DNA of 62,971 nt, counting the filler, from Nitrospinae bacterium RIFCSPLOWO2_12_FULL_45_22 (GTDB lineage: Bacteria; 2-12-FULL-45-22), in assembly GCA_001803565.1 (NCBI GenBank). It is 7 parts of 7 records of this genome, joined end to end, with 100 filler letters (N's around TTAATTAATTAA, not from the genome) between each part and the next. Parts side by side here need not be neighbours in the genome. Positions count along the whole stretch, not along the records: positions 48,383 to 55,663 come from MHDQ01000084.1; positions 55,764 to 62,971 come from MHDQ01000088.1; 5 more parts are not named here. One strand, written 5' to 3'. The notes under the pieces were generated by a model. It saw only the letters and a list, made by a program, of their open reading frames with translations. It made no database searches and had not been told where the DNA came from. Each line of letters starts with the position of its first letter. Position 1 is the stretch's first letter. Positions 48,384 through 58,565 of this stretch are shown here, piece by piece. Both the position numbers and the translations under genes were made by a program.

Positions 48384-49778
48384 CTTACCACCGGCGAATA
48401 TCTCCGGGAGGCCGTAACGTTGCTTTGTGAGATAGCAACCCTGGATGATGAAGACCTGGCAAAGCCGGGCCTCAAGGGTATATTTCCTCTCCTGGTAGAG
48501 AGGTTGAGCGATTCATTCAACCCGGAATATTGTGCGCTTTATGATCAAGCCTTTGCCCAGGTAGTAGAATTCTGCCGTCATCTGCCAGCCGGGAGGGCCC
48601 TGGATACGCAATTGAGACGGTTTGGCCTGATGAATGAACAAAACCTTTTAGCCCGAAAGGCAGCCCTTAAGCATCTGCGGGGAAAGTTCAACCCTTCTCT
48701 AAAAAGGAGCATCAAGAAGATATTTGTCCTCTCCCGGGTCACCGTGGGGGCTGAGGTAGCAATAACCAGCATTATTCTGGCAAAATTGAAGCAGACCTTT
48801 CCTCAGGCTGAGCTAGTACTACTGGCAGACCCACGGATGAGGCAGCTCTTTGGTGGGGATTCCAGGGTAAGGATACGCGAAACCCAATATGAAAGGAGCG
48901 GGGATCTAATTGAGCGGCTGAACAGTTGGATCGAGGTGGTTGATACCATTGACGATGAGATAAGGGGTTTGGAGTCTAGCGAGTTCTTAGTGGTTGATCC
49001 CGATTCGAGGCTCACGCAGCTAGGTATCCTGCCGGTGGTAGAAGATGACTCCAGATACCTATTCTTTGAGAGCCGTGGCTATAGAAAACCCGGAATAGGG
49101 TCTATCGGCCAGCTCACCGTGAATTGGCTGAATAACCGTTTCGGTGGGGATGATGAATTGTATCCTTACGTTAGTTTACCCGCCACGGATAATGCCTTTG
49201 GCAGACAGCTATCCCAGAAGCTCCGTAGTGGCAGTAGCCCTTATCTGGTAAGCATCAGTTTTGGCGTGGGTGGCAATTTGCGAAAAAGAGTCCCTGACCC
49301 ATTTGAGGAGAAACTTATATTAAGCCTCATTGATGATGGCTGCGTAGTTCTCCTGGACAAGGGTGTAGGGGAGGAGGAGCGTCTCAGGGCCAACCAGTTA
49401 ATTGCTGGCTTATGCGAGAAAGGCAAATTAGTTACTGAAGTTGATGAAGCCAGTGCACCTTATATACTACAGTCAGAGACCATCTCCTGTCATATAGCTA
49501 CCTGGGAAGGAGGCATTGGTCCCTTTGCTTCTTTAATTGCTGAAAGCGACGAATATATTGGGTACGATTCTGCCGGTCAACATATTGCAGCAGCCCTCGC
49601 TGTGCCTACCATAGATCTTTTTGCCGATAGGAGTTACCCGCTGTTTTCTGAACGCTGGAAGCCTTATGGCAAAGGGCCGGTCAAGGTAGTAAAACTAAAC
49701 GATAGCAAGAACGCTCCTGAGGAGGCATTGGCAGCAGTAATGGCTTATCATCAGGAGAGCAGAAAGGCCCGCCCGTAA
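48384..49778 (+). CDS. Glycosyltransferase family 9-like (heptosyltransferase-like), 5' truncated
   Basis: YIGYDSAGQHIAAALAVPTIDLF...RWKP motif; reading frame open back to the contig start. Confidence 0.75.
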   Translation, partial: LTTGEYLREAVTLLCEIATLDDEDLAKPGLKGIFPLLVERLSDSFNPEYCALYDQAFAQVVEFCRHLPAGRALDTQLRRFGLMNEQNLLARKAALKHLRGKFNPSLKRSIKKIFVLSRVTVGAEVAITSIILAKLKQTFPQAELVLLADPRMRQLFGGDSRVRIRETQYERSGDLIERLNSWIEVVDTIDDEIRGLESSEFLVVDPDSRLTQLGILPVVEDDSRYLFFESRGYRKPGIGSIGQLTVNWLNNRFGGDDELYPYVSLPATDNAFGRQLSQKLRSGSSPYLVSISFGVGGNLRKRVPDPFEEKLILSLIDDGCVVLLDKGVGEEERLRANQLIAGLCEKGKLVTEVDEASAPYILQSETISCHIATWEGGIGPFASLIAESDEYIGYDSAGQHIAAALAVPTIDLFADRSYPLFSERWKPYGKGPVKVVKLNDSKNAPEEALAAVMAYHQESRKARP

Positions 49779-49786
49779 AAGGAAAT

Positions 49787-51049
49787 ATGGAGAGAGTTCA
49801 AGGGGATAATCTTATCGGACATGGTTCAATCCTTATGGCAGCGACAATGACTGCCAATATTTCCAACTATTTGTTCCATATATTTATGAGCCGGTATTTA
49901 GGGCCATCTAACTATGGTATACTCAATTCTCTGCTGGCCTTATTTATGATCATTGCCATTCCCATGACCTCTATCCAAACATTAGTGGCGAGATATATAT
50001 CAAAATATCTAGCCCTCAATGATATAGCAAAGATAATCCCCTTCCTGGCCTTCACCATAAGACAGGTAGCAATTTTGGGAATATCGTTTTTTGCCATTTT
50101 TCTTATCTCTCTCAGAACGCTCTCTTCTTACCTTAATATTGATGAGTTGGCCCCGGTGCTAATAACCGGGGTTGCCCTCTTTATTACTATGTTTTTACCC
50201 ATTGCCCAGGGTTTGTTGCAAGGTGCCCAGAGGTTCTGGTATCTATCGGCAAGCATAGCAGGAGGTACGGTTGGGAGGCTTTTTGTAGGTATCTTGCTGG
50301 TTCTGCTGGGGTTTGGTGTAAACGGCGGAATAGCGGCATCAGCCCTGGCATCTTTCCTGTCTATCCTTATCTGCCTCTACCCCATATATCTATTCCTCAG
50401 AGAGCTATGGGGAACTAAAAACCGGCTTGAAATTAACCCCAAAGAGGTATATGGCTACTTCACCCCACTATTTACTGCCTTTTTCCTGTTTGCTATCCTG
50501 ACCAATGTGGATGTGATAATAGTAAAACACTACTTTTCCTCCATAGAAGCGGGCTATTATTCTGCCGCGGCCCTTATCGGCAGGGCCTTTCTCTTTCTCC
50601 CGGCCGCCCTGGTCATGGTTATGTTCCCCAAGGTCTCGGAGATGTACTCACGGCAAGAAAATTCTCTGGTTCTTCTCAAGAAAGCCCTGTTTTTTAGCCT
50701 GATAATATCATCTTGTGGGATCGTCTCCTGCCTCCTATTCCCCCAGGTTATTATATCCCTGCTATTCGGAGAAAAATACCTAGCCGCTAAGCCCCTGATA
50801 ATGTTCTTTGGCCTTTCGCTCACCCCGCTTGCTATGGTGAATATCCTTATCAATTATCATATTGCCCGCGAGCAGGTATCCTTCATATTTCCTGTGATGC
50901 TTGCAGCCATTATACTATTTGTTAGCTTAATATTTTTTCATCAGTCTCTACTCCAGGTGCTATTCATATTGGGGCTGAGCGGATTTTTCTTATTTTTATT
51001 CCTTTTAGGAATAATTTATCGAGAAGCCAGGCAAGAAGAGTGTTTCTGA
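49787..51049 (+). CDS. Oligosaccharide flippase (Wzx-like)
   Basis: Highly hydrophobic; SRYLGPSNYG, NVDVIIVKHYF, AGYYSAA, MFPKVS. Confidence 0.88.
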   Translation: MERVQGDNLIGHGSILMAATMTANISNYLFHIFMSRYLGPSNYGILNSLLALFMIIAIPMTSIQTLVARYISKYLALNDIAKIIPFLAFTIRQVAILGISFFAIFLISLRTLSSYLNIDELAPVLITGVALFITMFLPIAQGLLQGAQRFWYLSASIAGGTVGRLFVGILLVLLGFGVNGGIAASALASFLSILICLYPIYLFLRELWGTKNRLEINPKEVYGYFTPLFTAFFLFAILTNVDVIIVKHYFSSIEAGYYSAAALIGRAFLFLPAALVMVMFPKVSEMYSRQENSLVLLKKALFFSLIISSCGIVSCLLFPQVIISLLFGEKYLAAKPLIMFFGLSLTPLAMVNILINYHIAREQVSFIFPVMLAAIILFVSLIFFHQSLLQVLFILGLSGFFLFLFLLGIIYREARQEECF

Positions 51050-51123
51050 GGCCCAATTAGTAATTATCACCGCAAAGGCGCAAAGAACGCAAAGAAAGAT
51101 AGGTAAGAAAGGTTCTAAAAGGA

Positions 51124-52833
51124 ATGCAGGATAAAATTTCAGTAATCATGCCCGCCTATAATGAAGGGGATAATATCTATCATAATATCTCTGAAACGGT
51201 AAGGGTTTTTAATAACCTGAGAGGTACATACGAGATCATTGTGGTTGACGATGGTAGCAGGGATAATACTTACCAGGAGGCACAAAGGGCAGCCGAGATA
51301 TATCCCACTGTGCTAGTAAAGAAAAATGATGATAATCAGGGGAAAGGGTCCTCCCTCAAATACGGGTTTCAGCTTGCTACCGGGGAGCTCATAGTATTTC
51401 TCGATGCCGACCTGGACCTTCACCCGGAGCAACTAGATACCCTATTCCAGGTAATGGACCAGACCGGCTCTGATGTAGTAATTGGCTCCAAAAGACACCC
51501 CCATTCGCAATTGAATTACCCCCTAGACCGGAAGATCATAAGCAATATCTATGCCTTGCTCCTCCGACTCCTCTTCAGACTCCCTTTAAAAGATACCCAG
51601 ACCGGCCTCAAAATCTATAAAACCGAGGTGCTAAGAAAAATATTTCCACGGATCCTTTGTAAGGGATATGCCTTTGACGTAGAACTATTGGCCAATGCCC
51701 ACGGCTTTGGCTACAAGATTACCGAGGCGCCAGTCATATTGAATTTCCGGCGTGAGGCACGATGGGGCCGGATCGGATTATATACCTTATACAAGACTGG
51801 ACTGGATACCCTGGCTATCTTTTATCGGATGTATATCCTGAAATATTACCAGAGAGCGCTGCCCCAAATTGAGGCCTTCCCCAGGGTTTCAATTATAATT
51901 GCGGCAAAGGATTTTAATCACTATGCGCAAGAAGCTATAGAACGTTGTCGCAACCTTAACTATCCGGATTTCGAGATTATATTCCTTCCAGACCCTCCCT
52001 GCCAGATACCCTATGAGGAGGTTAAGGTTGTTCCTACCGGGCCAGTCGTCCCATCAAAAAAGAGGGACCTGGGGGTTGCGGCATCCTCTGGCCAGATAAT
52101 AGCATTTCTGGACGATGATGCCTATCCGGTAAGGGATTGGTTGATGAATGCCGCCAGATACTTTAATGACCCGGACATTGCCGCCATAGGTGGCCCTGCG
52201 GCTACCCCTGAAGAAGACAGTACCATGCAGAAGGCTAGTGGCGCTATCTATGCCTCGCTAATGATGGGGGGTAACCAGGGCTACCGCTATATCCCCAAGA
52301 CTTATCGGGAGGTTGATGATTACCCTACCTGCAATCTAATCGTAAAAAAATCTGATTTCGAAAAAGTGGGTGGATTTAATACCAACTTCTGGCCCGGTGA
52401 GGATACCTTTCTCTGCCTGAAGTTAACCAGGGAGCTAAAGAGAAAGATTGTTTATGACCCGGACGTCCTGGTATATCACCACCGCAGGCCCCTCTTCCTG
52501 CCTCACCTCAGACAGATAAAGAGCTATGGTTTACACCGGGGTTATTTTGTAAAAAGGTTTCCCAAAACTTCCTTACGTATATCCTATTTTCTGCCCACAT
52601 TATTGATCCTGGGCCTATCCCTGGGCTGGCTGACCGTATTCAGCTATCCTATGCTTTTTTCTATTTATCTCCTCGGCCTCGGTATCTATCTCACTATGGC
52701 ATTTTTAACGGGCTTGAAAAGCTTTCGTCTAAAAATGGCCCTGGGAATATTTTCTGGGATAATTTTATCCCACTTCACGTATGGGATCTGCTTTATAAAG
52801 GGGCTTATGAGCAGGAGGCTACCGGAAGAATGA
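51124..52833 (+). CDS. Double-domain GT2 glycosyltransferase with C-terminal TM helices
   Basis: ISVIMPAYNE, VDDGSRD, FLDAD, DTQTGLK; second domain VSIII...AFLDDD...GED. Confidence 0.9.
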   Translation: MQDKISVIMPAYNEGDNIYHNISETVRVFNNLRGTYEIIVVDDGSRDNTYQEAQRAAEIYPTVLVKKNDDNQGKGSSLKYGFQLATGELIVFLDADLDLHPEQLDTLFQVMDQTGSDVVIGSKRHPHSQLNYPLDRKIISNIYALLLRLLFRLPLKDTQTGLKIYKTEVLRKIFPRILCKGYAFDVELLANAHGFGYKITEAPVILNFRREARWGRIGLYTLYKTGLDTLAIFYRMYILKYYQRALPQIEAFPRVSIIIAAKDFNHYAQEAIERCRNLNYPDFEIIFLPDPPCQIPYEEVKVVPTGPVVPSKKRDLGVAASSGQIIAFLDDDAYPVRDWLMNAARYFNDPDIAAIGGPAATPEEDSTMQKASGAIYASLMMGGNQGYRYIPKTYREVDDYPTCNLIVKKSDFEKVGGFNTNFWPGEDTFLCLKLTRELKRKIVYDPDVLVYHHRRPLFLPHLRQIKSYGLHRGYFVKRFPKTSLRISYFLPTLLILGLSLGWLTVFSYPMLFSIYLLGLGIYLTMAFLTGLKSFRLKMALGIFSGIILSHFTYGICFIKGLMSRRLPEE

Positions 52834-54281
52834 AGGTCTTTATCTCCTACCCGCCCCTGGAAGACGCGAGGGGGATACCCCTTCTGAGCCAGAACAGGCA
52901 GTTCCAGTGGTTTAACAACCCTACTTATATCTATCCTATGGTACCGGCTTATGCTGCTACTATGCTTAAAGAAGATGGATTCGAGGTGATATGGGATGAT
53001 GCCATAGCCGAATCAAAGAGTTATAAAGACTGGTTCTTAAATCTAATCAAAGAGGAACCAGACCTCATAGCTATTGAGACGAAAACCCCGGTTATCAAGC
53101 GACACTGGCAGATCATTGATGAGCTTAAGAATTCATCGCCTGGCACTAAGCTTGTGCTCCTCGGGGACCATGTAACCGCTATGCCAGAAGAGAGCCTGGA
53201 GGCAAGCCAGGCAGACTTCCTGCTCACCGGGGGAGATTATGATTTTCTACTGCTCAATCTCTGTCGCTATCTTAATGGGAGCGCAGAAAGCCTGGAGCCC
53301 GGTATCTGGTACCGCCACAAAGGGCAAATACTTAATACCGGAGGATTTGCCCTGAACCACGACCTCCAACGGCTGCCATTCATTGATCGGGATTTAACTA
53401 GGTGGCAACTGTATAGTGAGAAAAACGGAAATTATAAAAGACTTCCAGGTACCTATACTATGGCCGGACGGGATTGCTGGTGGGGTAAATGTACCTTCTG
53501 CTCCTGGGTTTCTCTATATCCTAAATATCGTCTCAGGCCATACGAAAATCTACTGGATGAGATAGGTCTATTGATAGATCAGTACGGCATAAAGGAAATA
53601 ATGGACGATACAGGAACTTTTCCGGCTGGCCAGTGGCTCAGGGATTTTTGCCAGGGGATGATTGATCGGGGCTATAATAAAAAGATAGCCTTTGACTGCA
53701 ATATGCGACCCGGTATCCTGAAAGCTGAAGATTACCAACTCATGGGTAAGGCCGGGTTCCGTCTCATACTATTCGGGCTAGAATCTGCCAATCAGGAAAC
53801 CCTTGATAGGATCAATAAAGGGGTAAGGGCGGATGATATCATAAAGGACTGCCAGATGGCAAAGAGGGCCGGGCTACAGCCCCATATCACGGTGATGGTA
53901 GGGTATCCCTGGGAAGATAAAAGCCAGGTGAAAAACACCCTCTGCCTGGCTGCTAATCTCTTCAAGCAGGGGCTGGTAGATACCCTCCAGGCCACTATTG
54001 TCATTCCCTATCCCGGCACCCCGCTCTTTGATGAATGCAAAAAAAACCAATGGCTCATCACCGAGGAATGGGATAGGTACGACATGAGGGAGCCGGTTAT
54101 GAAATCACCCCTCTCGCCTGAAGAGCTTAAAAAGGCCACCCAACAACTATATAAGGCCTTTATCTCACCCCGGTTTATTGCCCGGAAGGTCTTAGCCATC
54201 CGGGGCCTTGATGACTTAAAGTTTCTTTACCGGGCGGCAAAGTCAGTGCTAGGCCATCTTAAAGATTTTATCCCTCATTAA
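52830..54281 (+). CDS. B12-binding-domain radical SAM protein
   Basis: N-terminal B12-binding-like region, GRDCWWGKCTFC cluster motif, FGLES, GYPWE, PYPGTPL. Confidence 0.85.
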   Translation: MKVFISYPPLEDARGIPLLSQNRQFQWFNNPTYIYPMVPAYAATMLKEDGFEVIWDDAIAESKSYKDWFLNLIKEEPDLIAIETKTPVIKRHWQIIDELKNSSPGTKLVLLGDHVTAMPEESLEASQADFLLTGGDYDFLLLNLCRYLNGSAESLEPGIWYRHKGQILNTGGFALNHDLQRLPFIDRDLTRWQLYSEKNGNYKRLPGTYTMAGRDCWWGKCTFCSWVSLYPKYRLRPYENLLDEIGLLIDQYGIKEIMDDTGTFPAGQWLRDFCQGMIDRGYNKKIAFDCNMRPGILKAEDYQLMGKAGFRLILFGLESANQETLDRINKGVRADDIIKDCQMAKRAGLQPHITVMVGYPWEDKSQVKNTLCLAANLFKQGLVDTLQATIVIPYPGTPLFDECKKNQWLITEEWDRYDMREPVMKSPLSPEELKKATQQLYKAFISPRFIARKVLAIRGLDDLKFLYRAAKSVLGHLKDFIPH

Positions 54282-54292
54282 TCAGCCTTTAG

Positions 54293-54745
54293 GCCACAAA
54301 GGCACCAAGTCACTAAGAGCAGCATAATGATATATGGGCCACTATCCGAAAGAGAAGAAGAGGTAGCTAGAAAGATTGTTGACGCAGCTTACACGATCCA
54401 CCGAATATTAGGACCAGGTTTGCTAGAAAAAGTGTATGAAGTCTGTTTTTGTCACGAGCTTTCTAAGAGAGAACTTTCTTATCAAAGACAGGTTGACGTT
54501 ACGATTGTATACGATGGTATTTCATTTGATGAAGGCCTGCGATTAGATGTGTTGGTTGAAGGACTGGTCATCTGTGAGCTCAAGGCTATGGATACCATAA
54601 ACCCAGTATGGGAAGCACAGTTGTTAAGCCAATTAAAACTCACAGGCAAACGTCTCGGTTTTCTGATCAACTTCAATGTTCCCCTTATCAAAGACGGGAT
54701 CAAGCGAATAATTTTGTAATCTTGGTGTCTTTGTGCCTTTGTGGC
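54293..54745. repeat. 26-bp imperfect inverted repeats enclosing the GxxExxY gene
   Basis: GCCACAAAGGCACCAAGTCACTAAGA (54293-54318) versus TCTTGGTGTCTTTGTGCCTTTGTGGC (54720-54745), 23/26 complementary. Confidence 0.85.
54327..54719 (+). CDS. GxxExxY family protein (PD-(D/E)XK nuclease fold)
   Basis: LGPGLLEKVYE, RLDVLVE, ICELKA, AQLLSQLK, LGFLINF. Confidence 0.93.
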   Translation: MIYGPLSEREEEVARKIVDAAYTIHRILGPGLLEKVYEVCFCHELSKRELSYQRQVDVTIVYDGISFDEGLRLDVLVEGLVICELKAMDTINPVWEAQLLSQLKLTGKRLGFLINFNVPLIKDGIKRIIL

Positions 54746-54761
54746 AAAACTGAGTAGCCGG

Positions 54762-55663
54762 ATGAATAATAACGAATTACCATCAATATCAGTTATAATC
54801 CCTACCTATAACTCAGGATCGGTCATCGGCAGTTGTCTTGACTCGATTACGGAACAAGATTATCCGGGCGGACTAATAGAGTTAATTATCGTTGATGGTG
54901 GTTCAACGGACAATACGATTAAGATTGTCCAGCAATATAGGGATAGACTCAACAATATCCGCATCCTGGAAAATAAGCTGAAGACCGGTGAGGCAGGGAA
55001 GGCACTGGGGGCCAAGGCCGCCACCGCAGAAATAATTGCCTTGATAGACTCTGATAATATATTACCAACAAAAGATTGGCTCAAAACGATGGTCAGCCCC
55101 TTTGCTGACCCAGCCATAGTTGGCACCGAGCCTATCGCATACACCTGGAGAAGGGAAGATAGTTATATAACTAGATACTGTGCCCTCATCGGTATGAACG
55201 ACCCTCTCTGCCTGTTCCTGGGAAACTATGACCGGTATAGCCTGCTTACCGGGAAATGGACCGGGTTGCCAGTAAAACAAGAGGATAAAGGTGGTTATAT
55301 AGAAGTTACTTTGAGCAAGGAACAAATCCCTACTGTCGGTGCCAATGGATTTATGATCAGGCAGAAGGCGCTATTGCAAGTAAATATTGGTGACTATTTG
55401 TTCGACATAGATATCCTTTGCGAATTGATTAATAAATATGGAGCGGACAATAATAAGATTGCTAAGGTAAAGACCGGTATTGTACATATATTTTCTGGAA
55501 ACTTATCTACTTTTATTAGAAAGCAGCGGAGGCGGATCGAGGACTTTATCTTTTTTGAAAAAAGGGCCTTGAGGAAGTATCCCTGGAAAACCAGGCCCAG
55601 GCAAAACCTGATAAAATTTATCCTCTACTCTATTATCGGCCTGCCGCTTTTCTGGCAAACGAT
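54762..55663 (+). CDS. GT2 glycosyltransferase (3' truncated)
   Basis: ISVIIPTYNS, IVDGGSTD, LIDSD. Confidence 0.9.
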
Positions 55664-55763
55664 NNNNNNNNNNNNNNNNNNNNNNNNNNNNNNNNNNNNN
55701 NNNNNNNTTAATTAATTAANNNNNNNNNNNNNNNNNNNNNNNNNNNNNNNNNNNNNNNNNNNN

Positions 55764-57080
55764 CTCTTCATTATAGCCCTCTATATCAGATGGGTAATTA
55801 TCACTCAGCCCCAAAGGGTAGGAGGGAGAAAACTTTCCATGGTAGTCACTTCCAGGCAATAACAGGAGCGGGAATTCTCGGTAAACCGGGTGATTTTCAT
55901 TTAACCAGGTTACATAGGATTTCACATAATCTCTAGCCTTCCCTTGGAGCTTATGACAATAATATTCTACTCCCGTGAGGAGGCCCGCATACCTCTTCCC
56001 GCCCACTTCAACTACTGCTAGATCGGCTAGAGCCTTTTCAAATGCCTCCCTTGAGCATTCATTCGGATGTGGTATTATCAATTTACGCTTGAGGACAATG
56101 GCCCTTTGAGCAACATTATTTATATCCGGTGGGCTGGGACTTCCCTCTGGCCCCTCCTCTTTGCGGTAGGTTCTGATGATCTTATCATAGACCTCATTAA
56201 CCCCTTTCAGTGGTTTTCTGCTAGCCGGGTCTCCAGGATCTAGTTCGAACCCATCCTGGAAGATATCTTTATATTTATTCCAGAGGGCTACCGCAATAGT
56301 AAAGGGATAAATAGTATCACCACGGCTTGCCACAGCTAACTCATCTTCGGTCAAGGCCAAGCTGGTTCTATATTTGTCCTGGATATGTCTTAAGAGATTT
56401 CTGGTATGTTCCCGGTTTCTCTCCTCTCTGAGATATAATAGAGCGGTCATAGGGTCGTTTAGGGCCTGTTGGAAATCATAATTGATGCCTTTAAAATATT
56501 CCTGAAAATTGTATAGATACTCCTGGAAGAAGCCCCTCATTGACTCCAGGTCAGCCTCTTCGGTATATATCTGGCTCAAATGGATATTTTCCCTATGGCC
56601 CGATCCCAACTGTACATAAGTAGAGGCTTCCCCTCCCTTAAATAGCTGGATTCCCAGGCTCGCAGCGGCCAATTCCGCCTCCTCATCGGCATAGCGGGTA
56701 TTATGGCATAGTATACCAACTGTATCTAGCCCCTCTTTGTAGGCCTCCAGGATTAGAGCCGTGGGGGTTGGATAGCCATCTTCAGAGAAATAGTCGTGGG
56801 TATGAAGGTCTATCTGGCCCTTGGAGGGGCGGGGGGCAGACGTTTTAATCCAGGGTTTTATCTTTTCCAGGGCCTTTAGTCGTAGTTCTTTGTTCTGTGC
56901 CCCGATGACCTCTTCAATGATCGTCTGGGCTGCTATTTCCTGGATCTCTTTCCCCAGGTTGTTCTCCAGGCAGTCCGTTAAAAAGCTGACAGATTCTTCA
57001 TCCCTAATATAGCCCTCTGATCTGAGGGCTTCTATCCTCTTAGTAATTTCTGCTAACTGAGTCCTCATCTTGTCTCCCAC
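55764..57080 (-). CDS. PHP-domain metal-dependent phosphoesterase (3' truncated)
   Basis: IDLHTH..SEDG, HN, GGE, PHP, GSDYHG motifs. Confidence 0.8.
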
Positions 57081-57112
57081 CTTAATGCCCCTGATCCCTA
57101 TCCAACCATTAG

Positions 57113-58357
57113 CTAAATAATTCCTTTCTCCTTCAATTGGGCGATCTTTTCTGCCCTGAGGCCTAAAAGACCACTGTATATCTCCTCATTATGCTGTCCT
57201 AGCATTGGGGCAGGCATACGAACCCTCCCGGGGGTCAAGGAAAGTTTCAGTCCCACACCATAGAGCTTCAGTGGGCCGGCAGCCGGGTGCTCTATCTCTG
57301 CTACCATGTCCCTCTCCAGGATATGCGGATCACGGATGATCTGTTTGAAGTTGTAGATCGGGCCCGCCACCAATTGGGCTTCATCTAAAATGACCATAGC
57401 TTCTTCGGCGGTCTTACCCTGCATCCATTGGCTTACCAGACCATCTACCAATTCAAAATGCTGCGAGCGGGCAGGAATGGAGTTGCAGCGGGGGTCATTA
57501 ATCAAATCCTCCCGGCCCAAAATCTGGCATAACCGTTTCCAATGAGTATCTCCTGCCACCAATAAGAAGATATAATTGCCATCTATACAGCGATAGGTAT
57601 TGAAAGGTACTACCCCTAAACTACGGTTACCCAACCTGTGTAAGGTAAAATCGTTCAGTGCTGCTAGCATAATCCCTGACTGGCTGGCGTAAAGGACAGA
57701 GTCCAGCAGGTTAACATCCACATGCTGTCCTTTACCAGTCTTTTCTCGATAGAAGAGGGCCAATATGCTACCATAGGCCCCGAGCCAGCCGGTCATATTG
57801 TCCGCTACCGCTATCCCGCAGCGCATAGGGGGTCCGTTGGGGTCTCCGGTAACACTCATTAGCCCGCCCATGGCCTGTCCTACCGGATCATAACCTGGCT
57901 TATAGCTATAAGGACCATACTGCCCATAACCTGAAACCGAGGTATAAATAATATCTGGCTTTATCTTTTTGATGTCTTTATAGCCCAGGTGCCATTTGTC
58001 CATAGTACCGGGCTTGAAGTTCTCAATAATTATGTCCATCTTTTTAGCCAGTTCTTTAAACAGTTCCTGCCCTTCAGGTTCCCTGAAATTCAGGGTGATC
58101 CCTTTCTTATTTCGGTTGATAGTGAGGTACAAGGCACTGGAATCCAATGTCGAGCTACTCTTAACAAAGGGAGGTAATTGGCGTAATATATCCCCTGTAC
58201 CTGCTTGATCAATCTTTATTACCTCGGCGCCTTGATCAGCCAATAAAGTCCCTGCCCAGGGCCCCGCGCCAGCCGTAGTGGCCTCTAAGACCCTGACCCC
58301 TTCCAGGGGACCTTTTGATTCCCGAAGTGCCTCTTGATAGAATTCTTCCTTCCGCAT
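57113..58357 (-). CDS. CaiB/BaiF family CoA-transferase
   Basis: GPLEGVRVLE, NRNKK, ENFKPG, GYGQYGP, VADNMTG. Confidence 0.93.
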   Translation of the reverse strand: MRKEEFYQEALRESKGPLEGVRVLEATTAGAGPWAGTLLADQGAEVIKIDQAGTGDILRQLPPFVKSSSTLDSSALYLTINRNKKGITLNFREPEGQELFKELAKKMDIIIENFKPGTMDKWHLGYKDIKKIKPDIIYTSVSGYGQYGPYSYKPGYDPVGQAMGGLMSVTGDPNGPPMRCGIAVADNMTGWLGAYGSILALFYREKTGKGQHVDVNLLDSVLYASQSGIMLAALNDFTLHRLGNRSLGVVPFNTYRCIDGNYIFLLVAGDTHWKRLCQILGREDLINDPRCNSIPARSQHFELVDGLVSQWMQGKTAEEAMVILDEAQLVAGPIYNFKQIIRDPHILERDMVAEIEHPAAGPLKLYGVGLKLSLTPGRVRMPAPMLGQHNEEIYSGLLGLRAEKIAQLKEKGII

Positions 58358-58565
58358 CTCTTTCTTCCTCTCTTTATCTTGATTGCATTAGGAATTTTCG
58401 TTTTTGTTTTGCTGGTTTCCTTATCATAAACACGCTCTCTCAAATACGTCTACGTCACTGTAATTATAAATTAGCGCACTAAGTTTATTATTTTTTGAAT
58501 GTAATCAGTGAAATCTGTGTAATCTGTGATTTCTGCCTTTAATTTAACCCTGGGTTAGACCAGGA

